64,000 nucleotides of DNA from Terriglobia bacterium. GTDB taxonomy: Bacteria; Acidobacteriota; Terriglobia; UBA7540; JAPUME01. The translations under genes and the position numbers were made by a program. The notes beneath the pieces are model-generated. The model was not told the DNA's origin, did no database searches, and saw nothing but the letters and a program-made list of their open reading frames with translations. The stretch lies in NCBI GenBank assembly GCA_965237895.1, contig CBDEGR010000002.1, positions 1,350,132 through 1,414,131 on the forward strand, read 5' to 3'. Below are positions 20,537 through 28,835 of the stretch, in pieces. Position 1 is the first letter of the stretch, and every line of letters starts with the position of its first letter.

Positions 20537-20572
20537 GGTGTGCCATCCTTGGCGTGGTCAAGGATGGGGGGG
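20537..20572. repeat. hairpin repeat, family B, copy 2 (GGTGTGCCATCCTT...AAGGATGGGGGGG), inverted relative to copy 1
   Basis: 8-bp stem CCATCCTT/AAGGATGG with a 9-nt loop. The flank GGTGTGC mirrors the GCACCC flank of copy 1. Confidence 0.6.
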
Positions 20573-20843
20573 AAATGAATTGAGACAACGCACACATCCC
20601 TATGGGATGTATAACCCACCCCGCGTTTTCTGGGTACAACACTTCCGTGAGATTTGACTCTCTCCGGTTCGAACAATTACTGCTACAAGGGGTCTACACA
20701 CCTTAGCCGCACCTTTCTCCTGGGATATAAATACCGTTGCGGCATCGTGGGAGAAATTGACAAGAGGGGAGGAGATGTGGTTTACTTCTAGCCAACAATT
20801 TGCAGTTCCCTATTTCTGGAACAGGAATCTAAAGGAGGTAGCC

Positions 20844-21228
20844 ATGAAAAGCATGGTGTTTCTCGCAGTGTCCGTATTTCTTGTCCTCATGGTGGGGTGT
20901 TCGGAGCCGACCGAGCCGACCGAGCCGACCGAGCCGACCGAGCAGACCGAGCAGACCGAGCCGACCGAGACCGAGCAGACCGAGAGACCGAGCGACTGAG
21001 CAGACTGAGCAGACTGAGGAGGCTGAAAAGACAGATAAATAACTCATCTTTGCTACCGAGCCCACCGCCGATAATGACTAGGTCAAAGAAGGACCGCACC
21101 TCATGGTCCTGGTGCCGAATGCAGAGACTCTTGAGGGGCTTTCCACGGACATGGCGGATCCTGTCTACGTGATGTGGAAGGGCACACTGTACGCCCACAT
21201 CATGGTCAAGATCGCAGGAGACAAGTAG
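20844..21228 (+). pseudogene. lipoprotein gene with a (PTE)n linker, decayed downstream domain
   Basis: RBS AAAGGAGG then ATG 20844. MKSMVFLAVSVFLVLMVGC is a lipobox, followed by SEPTEPTEPTEPTEQTEQTEPTE and a stop at 20997. Further on, another frame reads KLIFATEPTADND*VKEGPHLMVLVPNAETLEGLSTDMADPVYVMWKGTLYAHIMVKIAGDK*. That looks like the original C-terminal domain, now cut off by TAA/TAG stops and a frame change. Confidence 0.55.
20904..21023. repeat. 9-bp tandem repeat GAGCCGACC / GAGCAGACC, about 12 degenerate units
   Basis: Four perfect GAGCCGACC units from 20904, then variants (GAGCAGACC, GAGACC, GAGCAGACT). The repeat continues past the stop codon. Confidence 0.9.
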
Positions 21229-21238
21229 GGCTGTAGTG

Positions 21239-21312
21239 GGAATTTCCGGCGGGTGGCGCATACATCGCGCTCTTTACAATGTCCATGAGTGCGATGTGTG
21301 CGGTGGGTGAGG
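21239..21312. repeat. hairpin repeat, family A, copy 2
   Basis: GGAATTTCCGGCGGGTGGCGCATACATCGCGCTCTTTACAATG...GTGCGATGTGTGCGGTGGGTGAGG aligns with 3131-3216. Lies just downstream of a minus-strand gene end. Confidence 0.75.
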
Positions 21313-21347
21313 CGTGCCCAGGCGACCCTCTTTCCTAAGTTTTTCCT

Positions 21348-21838
21348 TCAGCGTCCCAATTCCAGGCGGCGAGTGAGAGACGCGGGGAGGTGTGCCTGAC
21401 GCATCTTCTCCTGTGTCTTGGGCGGGTCGTAAGGGGTGCGGATGTATTCGATGCGGTGCTCGTCGGTGTCGAACAGGGCGAAGCCGGCGCGCCAGTCGCC
21501 GTCGCGGGGCTGGCCGACCGAGCCGGGGTTCACCAGGTAGCGCGCTCCCTCGTTAATGCTCAGTTGGGAGGAAGCCACGCCCTCTTCGGGAATCCAATGG
21601 ATAGCGTGGAAGATCCGGTCCTTCGTCCACATAAAGCCTCCCAGAATGTGCGTATGACCGAACAGGCCCAACTGCGAGGGCATCTCCTCCAGGCTGGGAA
21701 GCGCCTCGCCGGGTCCGGCCCGTAGCCGACTAAGTCGCCGAGACAAATGACCTTGTCATACCGCCCGGCGGCCAGCTTTAAGGATTCCGTCAGGGCCTCC
21801 AGGTTGCTGTGAATGTCGCTTAGGATCAGATATTTCAA
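21348..21838 (-). pseudogene. metallophosphoesterase remnant (frameshift plus internal deletion)
   Basis: N-terminal part MKYLILSDIHSNLEAL...VICLGDLVGYGPDP (21838 down). C-terminal part LGLFGHTHILGGF...GSVGQPRDGD (down to 21348) is in another frame. The GNHD-containing middle of the family appears absent. Confidence 0.65.
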
Positions 21839-21952
21839 TCTGCCGCCGATTCCTCAAAAAACTTTCCGAAATTTAACCTAACATCATAATATAAAAAAAG
21901 CCGCCGCGGCGCGCTGAATTTTTTCGGGACGGCGGATTTCCCCGGCCCGGGC

Positions 21953-23815
21953 TCAAGCGGCCGGGTAATTACCCAACAGTTTATATCGGCTGGTCTTGGC
22001 GGAAAGTTGCTGCAAGACTTTGGAGATTTCCGGCGCCTGCGTATTCCCCTTCAAGTCCAAGTAGAAGACGTACTCCCAGGGCCGGCCCGGGATCGGCCGG
22101 GATTCGAGCTTCAGCAGGTTCAAGCGTTTGTCGGCAAACAGCTTCAACGCCAGCTGCAGCGCGCCCGGCTCGTTCTTGGTGGTGAACAGGAGGGAGATCT
22201 TATTGCACTTTTCATGCACATTCGGCTGCCGCGCCAGGATGAAGAAGCGCGTGTAGTTTTGCGGATTGTCTTCGACGGACTCGGCGATGACCTGCATATC
22301 GTAAGCCTTTGCCGCCTCCCGCGAGGCGATGGCCGCGCCGTCCATCAACTCCTGGTCGCGGATCATTTTGACCGAACCGGCCGTGTCATAGGTCTGGTAG
22401 AGAGTCCATTCCGGATGCCCGCGGAGGAAGCGGTCGCACTGTCCGGCGGCTTGCGGGTGAAGGTAGAGCCGCTTGATCTGGTCCATCCTCACGCCGCGAT
22501 GGGCGATCAGGTTGTGCGAGACACGCAGCTTCAACTCCCCAATGACGGAGACGTCGAATTCCATCAACAGGTCGTAATTCTGGAAGATGGACCCGGTCAG
22601 CGAGTTCTCAAAGGGCAGAACGCCATAGGAAGCCTCCCCGGCGACCAGCTTCTCGAAGACTTGCCGGAAGGTAGGATACCCCTCGGTGGTCACCTCACCG
22701 AAGAAGGACCGCGAGGCTTTTTCGCTGAAGGCGCCCGGCTCTCCCTGGTAGGCCACCTCGACTTTCTTGCCGTTGACGACGATGGGTTCCTTCGCTTGCT
22801 TGTAGCTGAGCTCGAGTTCGCGGCTGACCACCGGCGCCATCGATTGCAGTGACTTCAGCAGCCGCTCCATCTGCGGGAAAGTGAGCGATTGCGGGCCGTC
22901 GGAGGCGGCATGCTCGGGGTCCGGGTGGACCTCGACCATCAGGCCGTCGGCTCCCGCGCCCAGCGCCGCCAGCGACATCGGCAGCACGTAGTTCCGCACA
23001 CCGGTACCGTGGCTGGGGTCGACGATCACCGGCAGATGGGTCAGTTCTTTGAGCACCGGCACGGCGTTCAGGTCGAGCGTGTTCCGCGTCTTATTTTCAA
23101 AGGTGCGGATGCCGCGTTCGCAGAGCATCACGCGGGGATTCTTGCCCATGATATATTCCGCGCTCATCAGCCATTCGTCGATCAGGCAGGCAAAGCCGCG
23201 CTTGAGCAACACGGGCTTGTCGACTTCGGCAACGGCTTTCAGCAGGTCGTAGTTCTGCATATTGCGCGCGCCGATCTGCAGCACGTCGGCGTACTTGGCC
23301 ACCATCTCAACCTTATCGGGCGTCATCACCTCGGTGACGATTTTCATGCCCGTCAGGTCGCGCGCCTCAGTCAGGATTTTCAGGCCCTCTTCGCCTAGCC
23401 CCTGGAACGAGTAGGGGGAGCTGCGCGGCTTAAAAGCGCCGCCCCGCAGCCAGCAGACTCCCATGGCGGAGAGCTTGCGGGCCGATTCGAGCATCATGTC
23501 GCGGTTTTCCACCGTGCAAGGCCCGGCTATGACGATGAATTGCGGTCCGCCGACCAGCGTATTGCCCACCTTAAGGTGAGGCGAAAGGCCGGATTCCTTT
23601 GCGCAAAGCTTGTAAGGCTTGGAGACGCGCAGGACTTCGATGACAGCCGGGTGCATCTCAAACTCCGCCTCGTCGAATGTCAGCTTTCCAATGGCGGCGA
23701 TGACGGAGCGCTCTTCGCCCCGCAGCGTTCGCGTCTCAACGCCGAAGTCGTGGAGCTTGGCCTCCAGTTCTTCGATCTCTTTATCGGAAACGTCGCTTCG
23801 TAATACCAAAATCAT
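21953..23815 (-). CDS. fusion protein: ferredoxin-like regulatory domain + DAHP synthase (type I-beta, KDO8PS-like) + prephenate dehydratase with ACT domain
   Basis: 620 aa. Residues ~1-70: MILVLRSD...VIAAIG. Residues ~90-340: [41 protein letters not shown]. Residues ~352-620: [42 protein letters not shown]. Confidence 0.88.
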   Translation of the reverse strand: MILVLRSDVSDKEIEELEAKLHDFGVETRTLRGEERSVIAAIGKLTFDEAEFEMHPAVIEVLRVSKPYKLCAKESGLSPHLKVGNTLVGGPQFIVIAGPCTVENRDMMLESARKLSAMGVCWLRGGAFKPRSSPYSFQGLGEEGLKILTEARDLTGMKIVTEVMTPDKVEMVAKYADVLQIGARNMQNYDLLKAVAEVDKPVLLKRGFACLIDEWLMSAEYIMGKNPRVMLCERGIRTFENKTRNTLDLNAVPVLKELTHLPVIVDPSHGTGVRNYVLPMSLAALGAGADGLMVEVHPDPEHAASDGPQSLTFPQMERLLKSLQSMAPVVSRELELSYKQAKEPIVVNGKKVEVAYQGEPGAFSEKASRSFFGEVTTEGYPTFRQVFEKLVAGEASYGVLPFENSLTGSIFQNYDLLMEFDVSVIGELKLRVSHNLIAHRGVRMDQIKRLYLHPQAAGQCDRFLRGHPEWTLYQTYDTAGSVKMIRDQELMDGAAIASREAAKAYDMQVIAESVEDNPQNYTRFFILARQPNVHEKCNKISLLFTTKNEPGALQLALKLFADKRLNLLKLESRPIPGRPWEYVFYLDLKGNTQAPEISKVLQQLSAKTSRYKLLGNYPAA

Positions 23816-23898
23816 GATTTCCCTCCAGAAAATCCGAATAAGAACGATATGAAGAAAGAGAATGAATTGAAAGTGAAAAAAGGAGCCTTTACCGCCAC
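23812..23898 (-). promoter_or_regulatory. candidate Phe-rich leader ORF overlapping the start of the DAHPS-PDT gene
   Basis: GTG at 23898, then (M)[27 protein letters not shown] (28 codons, 9 Phe). Its TGA overlaps the downstream ATG (ATGA at 23812-23815). The GGAGGG RBS of the main gene lies inside this ORF. No clear SD precedes the GTG. Confidence 0.3.
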
Positions 23899-24029
23899 AA
23901 GACGGTCAATCGAGCGAACGTAAATCGAAGGACCAATCGTTGGATCACAATAAACCCATTCTACGTTCAACCGGCATCGAATGCAAGCGGGAAGGGGTGT
24001 GCCGGAACCGGTGGGAATCAAATTTCAAC

Positions 24030-24058
24030 TTGACTTGGCACTCTGAATCCGGTAGAAG
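24030..24058 (+). promoter_or_regulatory. candidate sigma70-type promoter for rpsU
   Basis: TTGACT (24030-24035), 17-nt spacer, TAGAAG (24053-24058), about 60 nt upstream of the TTG start. Sequence match only. Confidence 0.3.
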
Positions 24059-24119
24059 TTCCCTCGAAGCCCATAATCGAACCATCTCAACTGGAGCAAG
24101 ATAGGGGGCGAGTGAACAG

Positions 24120-24323
24120 TTGGCTGAAATAAGGCTGCATGAGGGGGAGAGTTTGGAAAATGCTCTCCGCCGTTTCAAGCGTAAAGTTCAGCAAGAAGAC
24201 ATCATTAAGGAAGTCAAGCGACATTCTTATTACTTGAAACCGGGCGCCAAGAAACGCGTGAAGCAAGCGCTGGCCCGGAAGAGATTGCGCAAAAAGTCCC
24301 GCTTCAATCGAAACAGCAGATAA
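24120..24323 (+). CDS. rpsU: 30S ribosomal protein S21
   Basis: 67 aa, TTG start. (M)AEIRLHEGESLENALRRFKRKVQQEDIIKEVKRHSYYLKPG is the conserved S21 sequence. Confidence 0.9.
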   Translation: MAEIRLHEGESLENALRRFKRKVQQEDIIKEVKRHSYYLKPGAKKRVKQALARKRLRKKSRFNRNSR

Positions 24324-24440
24324 TCCTAAGAGGATAGACAGCGGGTTCCTGCCGCCGTCGGGCTTCTCAATGTCTTTCACACTCGCAGGTTGAGGGGGGG
24401 TATCCGCCTTCTGCGGTGAGGCTTACCTAGGGAGGGTCTC

Positions 24441-24743
24441 ATGGAGTATCGCGATCGAGCGTTGACTTGTATAATTTGCGGTTCGGAATTTCTTTTCACC
24501 GTCGGGGAACAACTCTTCTTCGCCCAGAAAAGTTTCCGAAACGAACCGAAACACTGCAAAGCATGTAAAACTCACCGGAACAAAACTCTCGGCAACGGAA
24601 ATTCGCGCCGAGAAGAGACGGGTATCGTGTGCTCTCAGTGTGGCCGGGAGACCACGGTCCCGTTCAAGCCGACCCAGGGGCGGCCGGTTTTCTGCCGTGA
24701 GTGCTTTGACCAGCGTTGTACTTCAGCGCCGGTCCCGGCCTAA
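24441..24743 (+). CDS. CxxC-x17-CxxC zinc-ribbon protein
   Basis: 100 aa. Two units: CIICGSEFLFTVGEQLFFAQKSFRNEPKHCKAC and CSQCGRETTVPFKPTQGRPVFCRECF. Confidence 0.75.
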   Translation: MEYRDRALTCIICGSEFLFTVGEQLFFAQKSFRNEPKHCKACKTHRNKTLGNGNSRREETGIVCSQCGRETTVPFKPTQGRPVFCRECFDQRCTSAPVPA

Positions 24744-24853
24744 CCGCCGCCCCACTGCAGGGTGAACCGGCCCACAATTTTTTGCTTCGACCCGGTTCGG
24801 GAGAAGGTTCTCGGCTCAAAAGAGCCTGTCATTCGTCCGATCAGGGAGCTACA

Positions 24854-25351
24854 ATGAGCGCCGTGCACTCCGAGTGGAGAGCGCGCCGCGAGGTCCGGGC
24901 CATGTTCTGGTGGGATACCCTGATCGAATCTCAGCTTACCGTCAGCAAATTTGTCGCTCCCGAGGACCAAGCGGAGGTTTCGAAGATCAGGGTCACCTGT
25001 TTCCTCAGCCTTCAGACCGACGAAGACCTGCCTTTCGAATCTTCCCAGCAGATGGCCCGAGCGTGGCGGGAAGCCGGCATCCATCACCACCGTTGTCCCA
25101 TTCAAGACTACGCTCCCCAGCCTCTGGGAGATGCCCTGCCGTCTGCCGTTGAAAAGCTCCGAGAACTGATCGAAGCCGGCCACCACGTGCTGGTCCACTG
25201 CACGGCGGCGATCAACCGTTCTCCCACCGTGGCGGCGGCCTACCTGATGCGATACCATGAGTATTCCAAGCAAGAGGCCCTTGCCCGTTTGCGGCGGGAG
25301 CGGTTTGACTGCATTCCTTATGAGGAACTTTTGGAGGACCGTCCGGCCTAG
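24854..25351 (+). CDS. dual-specificity / protein-tyrosine phosphatase family protein
   Basis: Start chosen at ATG 24854, after an AGGGAG RBS. Active-site loop VLVHCTAAINRSPTVAAAYLM matches HCxxxxxR(S/T). Confidence 0.8.
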   Translation: MSAVHSEWRARREVRAMFWWDTLIESQLTVSKFVAPEDQAEVSKIRVTCFLSLQTDEDLPFESSQQMARAWREAGIHHHRCPIQDYAPQPLGDALPSAVEKLRELIEAGHHVLVHCTAAINRSPTVAAAYLMRYHEYSKQEALARLRRERFDCIPYEELLEDRPA

Positions 25352-25437
25352 GCGCTGCCCGAAGAGTTTGCTTCGGATTCCTTGAAGAATTTTCCCAGGT
25401 CCCCTAAAATCACTGCGTGGTGGAGGGAGAGCGATAC

Positions 25438-26502
25438 ATGGGCGGTCACGGATGGAACGACGTGAGGTTGGGTTGGATGGCGCCGGTGCTGGCCGCCTGC
25501 GTGTTCGGCTGCACGGACTCTTCCCGGACGGGCCAGGAGGTCTGGGCTCGGGTCAACGGAGAGTACATCTACCGGGAGGACGCCGAAAGGTATTATCGCT
25601 TCGGGTTGCTGCGAAGCCTGCAGGTCCGCACCATGGAGGAGGCGGCCGGGTTCAAGCTGAGCGTGCTGAACGAGATGATTACGAATGAGATTCTGGTTCA
25701 ACAGGCCGCCAAGTCGGGCATTGAGGTTTCCGAACTCAACGTCGACTCACGGATGGCTGAGCTGCGGAATCCGAAAGAACCTGATGAGTTCGAGCAAGAT
25801 CTGCAGCAGAAGGGATTGACGTCGGCCGACGTGCGCCGGGAAGTGCGGCGCCGGCTTTTGATCCGGGAGCTGCTTGAGCGCGACGTGACTTCGAAGATCG
25901 GCTTCCGGGAGAACGAGATCGCCGAATACTACCAGCGGAACCAAGACCAGTTCGACGTGCCGGAGACCGAATACTATTTGGCTCAAATTCTTGTAACCCC
26001 TCGCAGCGACCCGCAAGTTCACAACCTCAAGAACGACGACGCCGCGAGCTACTACTCGGCCACGCAGAAGATACGAGCCCTCCAGGCCCGGATTCGCGAC
26101 GGGGAGAGCTTTGCCAAAGTGGCCGAAGAGTATTCCGAGGACCCCAGTACGTCGGGTGCCGGAGGCGTGCTGGGCTACGTCCGTCCCTCCGCCTTCGATC
26201 TCAATCCTGAGCTGCGGTTGCTGAAGTCCGTGATCACTTCTCTGAAGGTGGGAGAGGTTTCCCGCGTGGTGCAGACCAGGCGCGGCTACTACCTGGTGAG
26301 GTTACTCGCCAAGCAGGATCCCGGCCGCAAGGACCCCTCCGACCCGGAAACCCGCGCGACCATCGAAAAATCCGTTCGTAATCAGAAAGAGCAACTGCTG
26401 AAGACGGCCTACCTGGAACAGTTGCGGAACCGCGCGGAAGTTGTGAACTACTTGGCGGAGAAGATCATCGACTCCGGCGCCGATTGGTCGGCGATGAACT
26501 AG
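25438..26502 (+). CDS. SurA-like peptidyl-prolyl isomerase (parvulin/PpiC domain) lipoprotein
   Basis: GGAGGG RBS then ATG 25438. Lipobox AACVFGC. SurA_N-like helical region, then a parvulin domain (AEEYSEDPSTSGAGGVLGYV...RGYYLVRL). Confidence 0.8.
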   Translation: MGGHGWNDVRLGWMAPVLAACVFGCTDSSRTGQEVWARVNGEYIYREDAERYYRFGLLRSLQVRTMEEAAGFKLSVLNEMITNEILVQQAAKSGIEVSELNVDSRMAELRNPKEPDEFEQDLQQKGLTSADVRREVRRRLLIRELLERDVTSKIGFRENEIAEYYQRNQDQFDVPETEYYLAQILVTPRSDPQVHNLKNDDAASYYSATQKIRALQARIRDGESFAKVAEEYSEDPSTSGAGGVLGYVRPSAFDLNPELRLLKSVITSLKVGEVSRVVQTRRGYYLVRLLAKQDPGRKDPSDPETRATIEKSVRNQKEQLLKTAYLEQLRNRAEVVNYLAEKIIDSGADWSAMN

Positions 26503-27005
26503 ACCGGCTCCACTTCAAATAACTTTTGTCCCGTCTCGACCGACGTCCCCTCCGATACGAAAATCTTTACCACGCGGCCCGCTTGGGGTGCGGGGATTTC
26601 GTTCTGCATCTTCATAGCTTCGATGACCACCACACCGGCGCCGGCCTGGATTTCCTGACCTTCTTCCGCCAGTACGCGGACGATCCTTCCCGGCATCGGA
26701 GCCGAAATCTCTCTCTTCCCGTCGCCATGCGCGAAGGCGGGCGAAGAGGATTTTCGATCACGCGGGTCGACGATGATGACGCGGAACTCCTTGGGGCCCA
26801 GAAGAACCCGGTAGCCATCCGGTTTCTTTTCCACGTGAGCCTGGTAGGAGCGGCCCTCGATCAGCAGGGAGAAGACGCCCGGCCCCACCTCGACCCAGTC
26901 GGCCTCATGCTGCCGTCCGTCCCACGCGGCCCGCAGACGATTCCCCTCAATTTGCAGTTGAATTTCGCGAGGCTTTTCCGTGTTAAGGAGTGCGAGGAGC
27001 TTCAT
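26499..27005 (-). CDS. biotin/lipoyl carrier protein with an N-terminal BT-like domain (split acyl-CoA carboxylase alpha subunit, C-terminal half)
   Basis: Start at Met 27005, 1 nt after the upstream stop. C-terminal EAMKMQNEI biotinylation motif. Confidence 0.8.
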   Translation of the reverse strand: MKLLALLNTEKPREIQLQIEGNRLRAAWDGRQHEADWVEVGPGVFSLLIEGRSYQAHVEKKPDGYRVLLGPKEFRVIIVDPRDRKSSSPAFAHGDGKREISAPMPGRIVRVLAEEGQEIQAGAGVVVIEAMKMQNEIPAPQAGRVVKIFVSEGTSVETGQKLFEVEPV

Positions 27006-27006
27006 A

Positions 27007-28536
27007 TTAAATTCTTGGCCGGCCGGGTGTGCCTCCGCGAAGTTGGGCTTGTCGTCCGGAGGTTTTCCACCGGCTTGCTTGGGTTTTCGATGTGGGTGTG
27101 GACGTTGAACTCTTGCTGCGCCACGCTTGTAAGCACGCCGCCAGCAGCGCCGCCGTCTCCTGCTCGGTTTCCGCCTCTTCCACTTGTTCCGAATATTTTT
27201 CGAGAAGCGCATCGACGAAATGGGTGTCGATGTTGCCGGAAAGGAAGTCAGGCTCCTTCAACACTTTGCGGAAGAAGGGGAGATTCGTTTTGATGCCGTC
27301 CAGGTGATACTCCGCCAGCGCCCGTTCGAGCCGGGAGATGGCCTCGGCGCGGGTTCTTCCCCAGGCGATGAGTTTTGAAAGCAACGGGTCGTAGTCGAGT
27401 GGAACCCTCCAGCCCTCGTAAACGCCTGAATCCTCGCGAATCCCAGGACCCGACGGCACGCTCAGGCGGCGAATCAAGCCGGGAGAAGGGAAGAAACGGT
27501 TGGCCGGGTCCTCGGCATAGAGGCGGCATTCGATGGCCGCGCCGCGCGGGTGGAGGTCTTTCTTCCGCAGGCTCAGTTTCTCCCCGGCGGCAATGCGAAT
27601 CTGTTCCTTCACCAGGTCGAGGCCGATGACCATCTCCGTGACGGGATGCTCGACCTGAAGCCGAGTGTTCATCTCCAGGAAATAGAAGTTCCGGTCCGCG
27701 TCGACGAGGAACTCCACCGTCCCGGCGTTGGTGTAACCGGCCAGTTTCGCCACGCGCACGGCGGCCCTTCCCATTGCCCGCCGCATCGGTTCATCTACGA
27801 TGGGGGACGGCGACTCTTCCATAACTTTTTGATGACGCCGTTGCAGGGAGCATTCGCGCTCGCCCAGGGAGACGAGGTTGCCGTGATGGTCGCCGAGGAT
27901 TTGAATTTCAATGTGGCGCGGGCGGGGAATATATTTTTCGATGTAAAGGCCCGGGTCGTTGAAGGCGTTTAGGGCTTCCGAGCGCGCGGTGCGATAGGCC
28001 GACTCGAGCTCCTCGGCGGAGGTGAGCATCCGCATCCCCTTGCCGCCGCCTCCGGCCGTGGCCTTGAGCATGAGCGGGTAGCCCACCTGGTCGGCAGCCT
28101 CCGCAATTTGTTCAAAGGTGTCCAGGCTCTCGTAGGTGCCGGGAACGATGGGGACCTTTGCTTTGCCCAGAGCGTGGCGGGAGGCGGTCTTTGAGCCCAT
28201 CAGGCGCATGGCCTCAGGCGACGGACCGATGAAGACCAGTCCGGCCCTGCCGCACGCCTCGGCAAAGTCGGCGTTTTCGGCCAGAAAGCCGTAGCCGGGA
28301 TGGACGGCCTCGGCGCCGGAGCGCTTGGCGACCTCTAAGATGCGGTCGATTTTCAAGTAGCTCTCGGTGGACGCGGCCGGGCCGATAGGGTAGGCCTCGT
28401 CGGCGTAGAGGACGTGGAGCGCGGCGCGGTCGGCCGCGGAGAAAACGGCTACCGTGGAGATGTCCATCTCGCGGCAGGTGCGCATGACGCGCACGGCGAT
28501 CTCGCCCCGGTTTGCGACCAGAATCTTTTTGAACAT
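27007..28536 (-). CDS. biotin carboxylase (acetyl/propionyl-CoA carboxylase alpha, BC half)
   Basis: 509 aa. MFKKILVANRGEIAVRVMRTCREM, the ATP-grasp GGGGKGMR loop, and LEMNTRLQVEHPVTE. Carries a ~60-aa non-conserved C-terminal tail. Confidence 0.92.
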   Translation of the reverse strand: MFKKILVANRGEIAVRVMRTCREMDISTVAVFSAADRAALHVLYADEAYPIGPAASTESYLKIDRILEVAKRSGAEAVHPGYGFLAENADFAEACGRAGLVFIGPSPEAMRLMGSKTASRHALGKAKVPIVPGTYESLDTFEQIAEAADQVGYPLMLKATAGGGGKGMRMLTSAEELESAYRTARSEALNAFNDPGLYIEKYIPRPRHIEIQILGDHHGNLVSLGERECSLQRRHQKVMEESPSPIVDEPMRRAMGRAAVRVAKLAGYTNAGTVEFLVDADRNFYFLEMNTRLQVEHPVTEMVIGLDLVKEQIRIAAGEKLSLRKKDLHPRGAAIECRLYAEDPANRFFPSPGLIRRLSVPSGPGIREDSGVYEGWRVPLDYDPLLSKLIAWGRTRAEAISRLERALAEYHLDGIKTNLPFFRKVLKEPDFLSGNIDTHFVDALLEKYSEQVEEAETEQETAALLAACLQAWRSKSSTSTPTSKTQASRWKTSGRQAQLRGGTPGRPRI

Positions 28537-28760
28537 CTTCGTAGGAACCTTGTGGAGGATAGTATACCTCAGAGGCAGAGGCCTTTGGGGCGGAGGACAA
28601 TCGGCGAGAGCTGTGAGGGCGGCGAGGGCGGTGGGTGAGGCCAGGGGTGAGATTAGACGCGCTTCGTTGACAGCTTTTTCCGGGGTATGCTATCAATTAG
28701 CCAAGGCTTCTAAGCACAAGCCTGGGGAAAGAAGAGCTTGTTTTCCCCCTTCCCACCCAC

Positions 28761-28835
28761 TCCTCGGTAGCTCAATGGTAGAGCGTTCGGCTGTTAACCG
28801 AAATGTTGTAGGTTCGAGTCCTACCCGAGGAGCCA
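28761..28835 (+). tRNA. tRNA-Asn (anticodon GTT), CCA encoded
   Basis: Perfect hand-folded cloverleaf. Acceptor TCCTCGG/CCGAGGA, D stem GCTC/GAGC, anticodon stem TTCGG/CCGAA with loop CTGTTAA, T arm GTAGG-TTCGAGT-CCTAC. Confidence 0.92.

Larger units (their letters stand above)
20200..20577 (+). pseudogene. small DUF6968-like protein gene with in-frame TGA
   Basis: MKIRDIGTVIAE[TGA 20236-20238]ELEGIENDKPCKVIIRFGKPYLDEDDDGSCWYCPFSITSPAGERLSYSGGFDSLQALGFAIIMVESNLKSYYSDLELKWGGEDNLGL.... The W-x-CP...G-x-DS-x-QAL...L-x-W-x-G-x-x-(D/N)LG pattern is as I recall for that family. The segment is low-GC. Confidence 0.45.

Noticed and set aside
20757-20843. N-terminal extension of the lipoprotein ORF (MTRGEEMWFTSSQQFAVPYFWNRNLKEVA...).
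   Set aside because: A strong AAAGGAGG RBS sits 5 nt before the internal ATG at 20844, which begins a textbook signal peptide and lipobox. The extension has no signal features.
20904-21023. The tandem repeat as a possible CRISPR array or other spacer-containing array.
   Set aside because: The units are 9 bp and directly abutting, with no spacers. They are in frame with a lipoprotein linker (PTE repeats). No CRISPR-like repeat-spacer pattern was seen anywhere in the window.
23945-24380. Short minus-strand ORFs (23945..24178, 24087..24380) across the rpsU region.
   Set aside because: They overlap the conserved S21 coding sequence and its promoter region, and have no motifs.
28693-28835. The 525-aa ORF track entry reads through tRNA-Asn (...APRVGLEPTTFRLTAERSTIELPR...).
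   Set aside because: That tail is the antisense translation of the tRNA. It is reached only because of a frame error in the G6 run at 28949-28954. The recombinase's own C-terminal frame stops at 28821.
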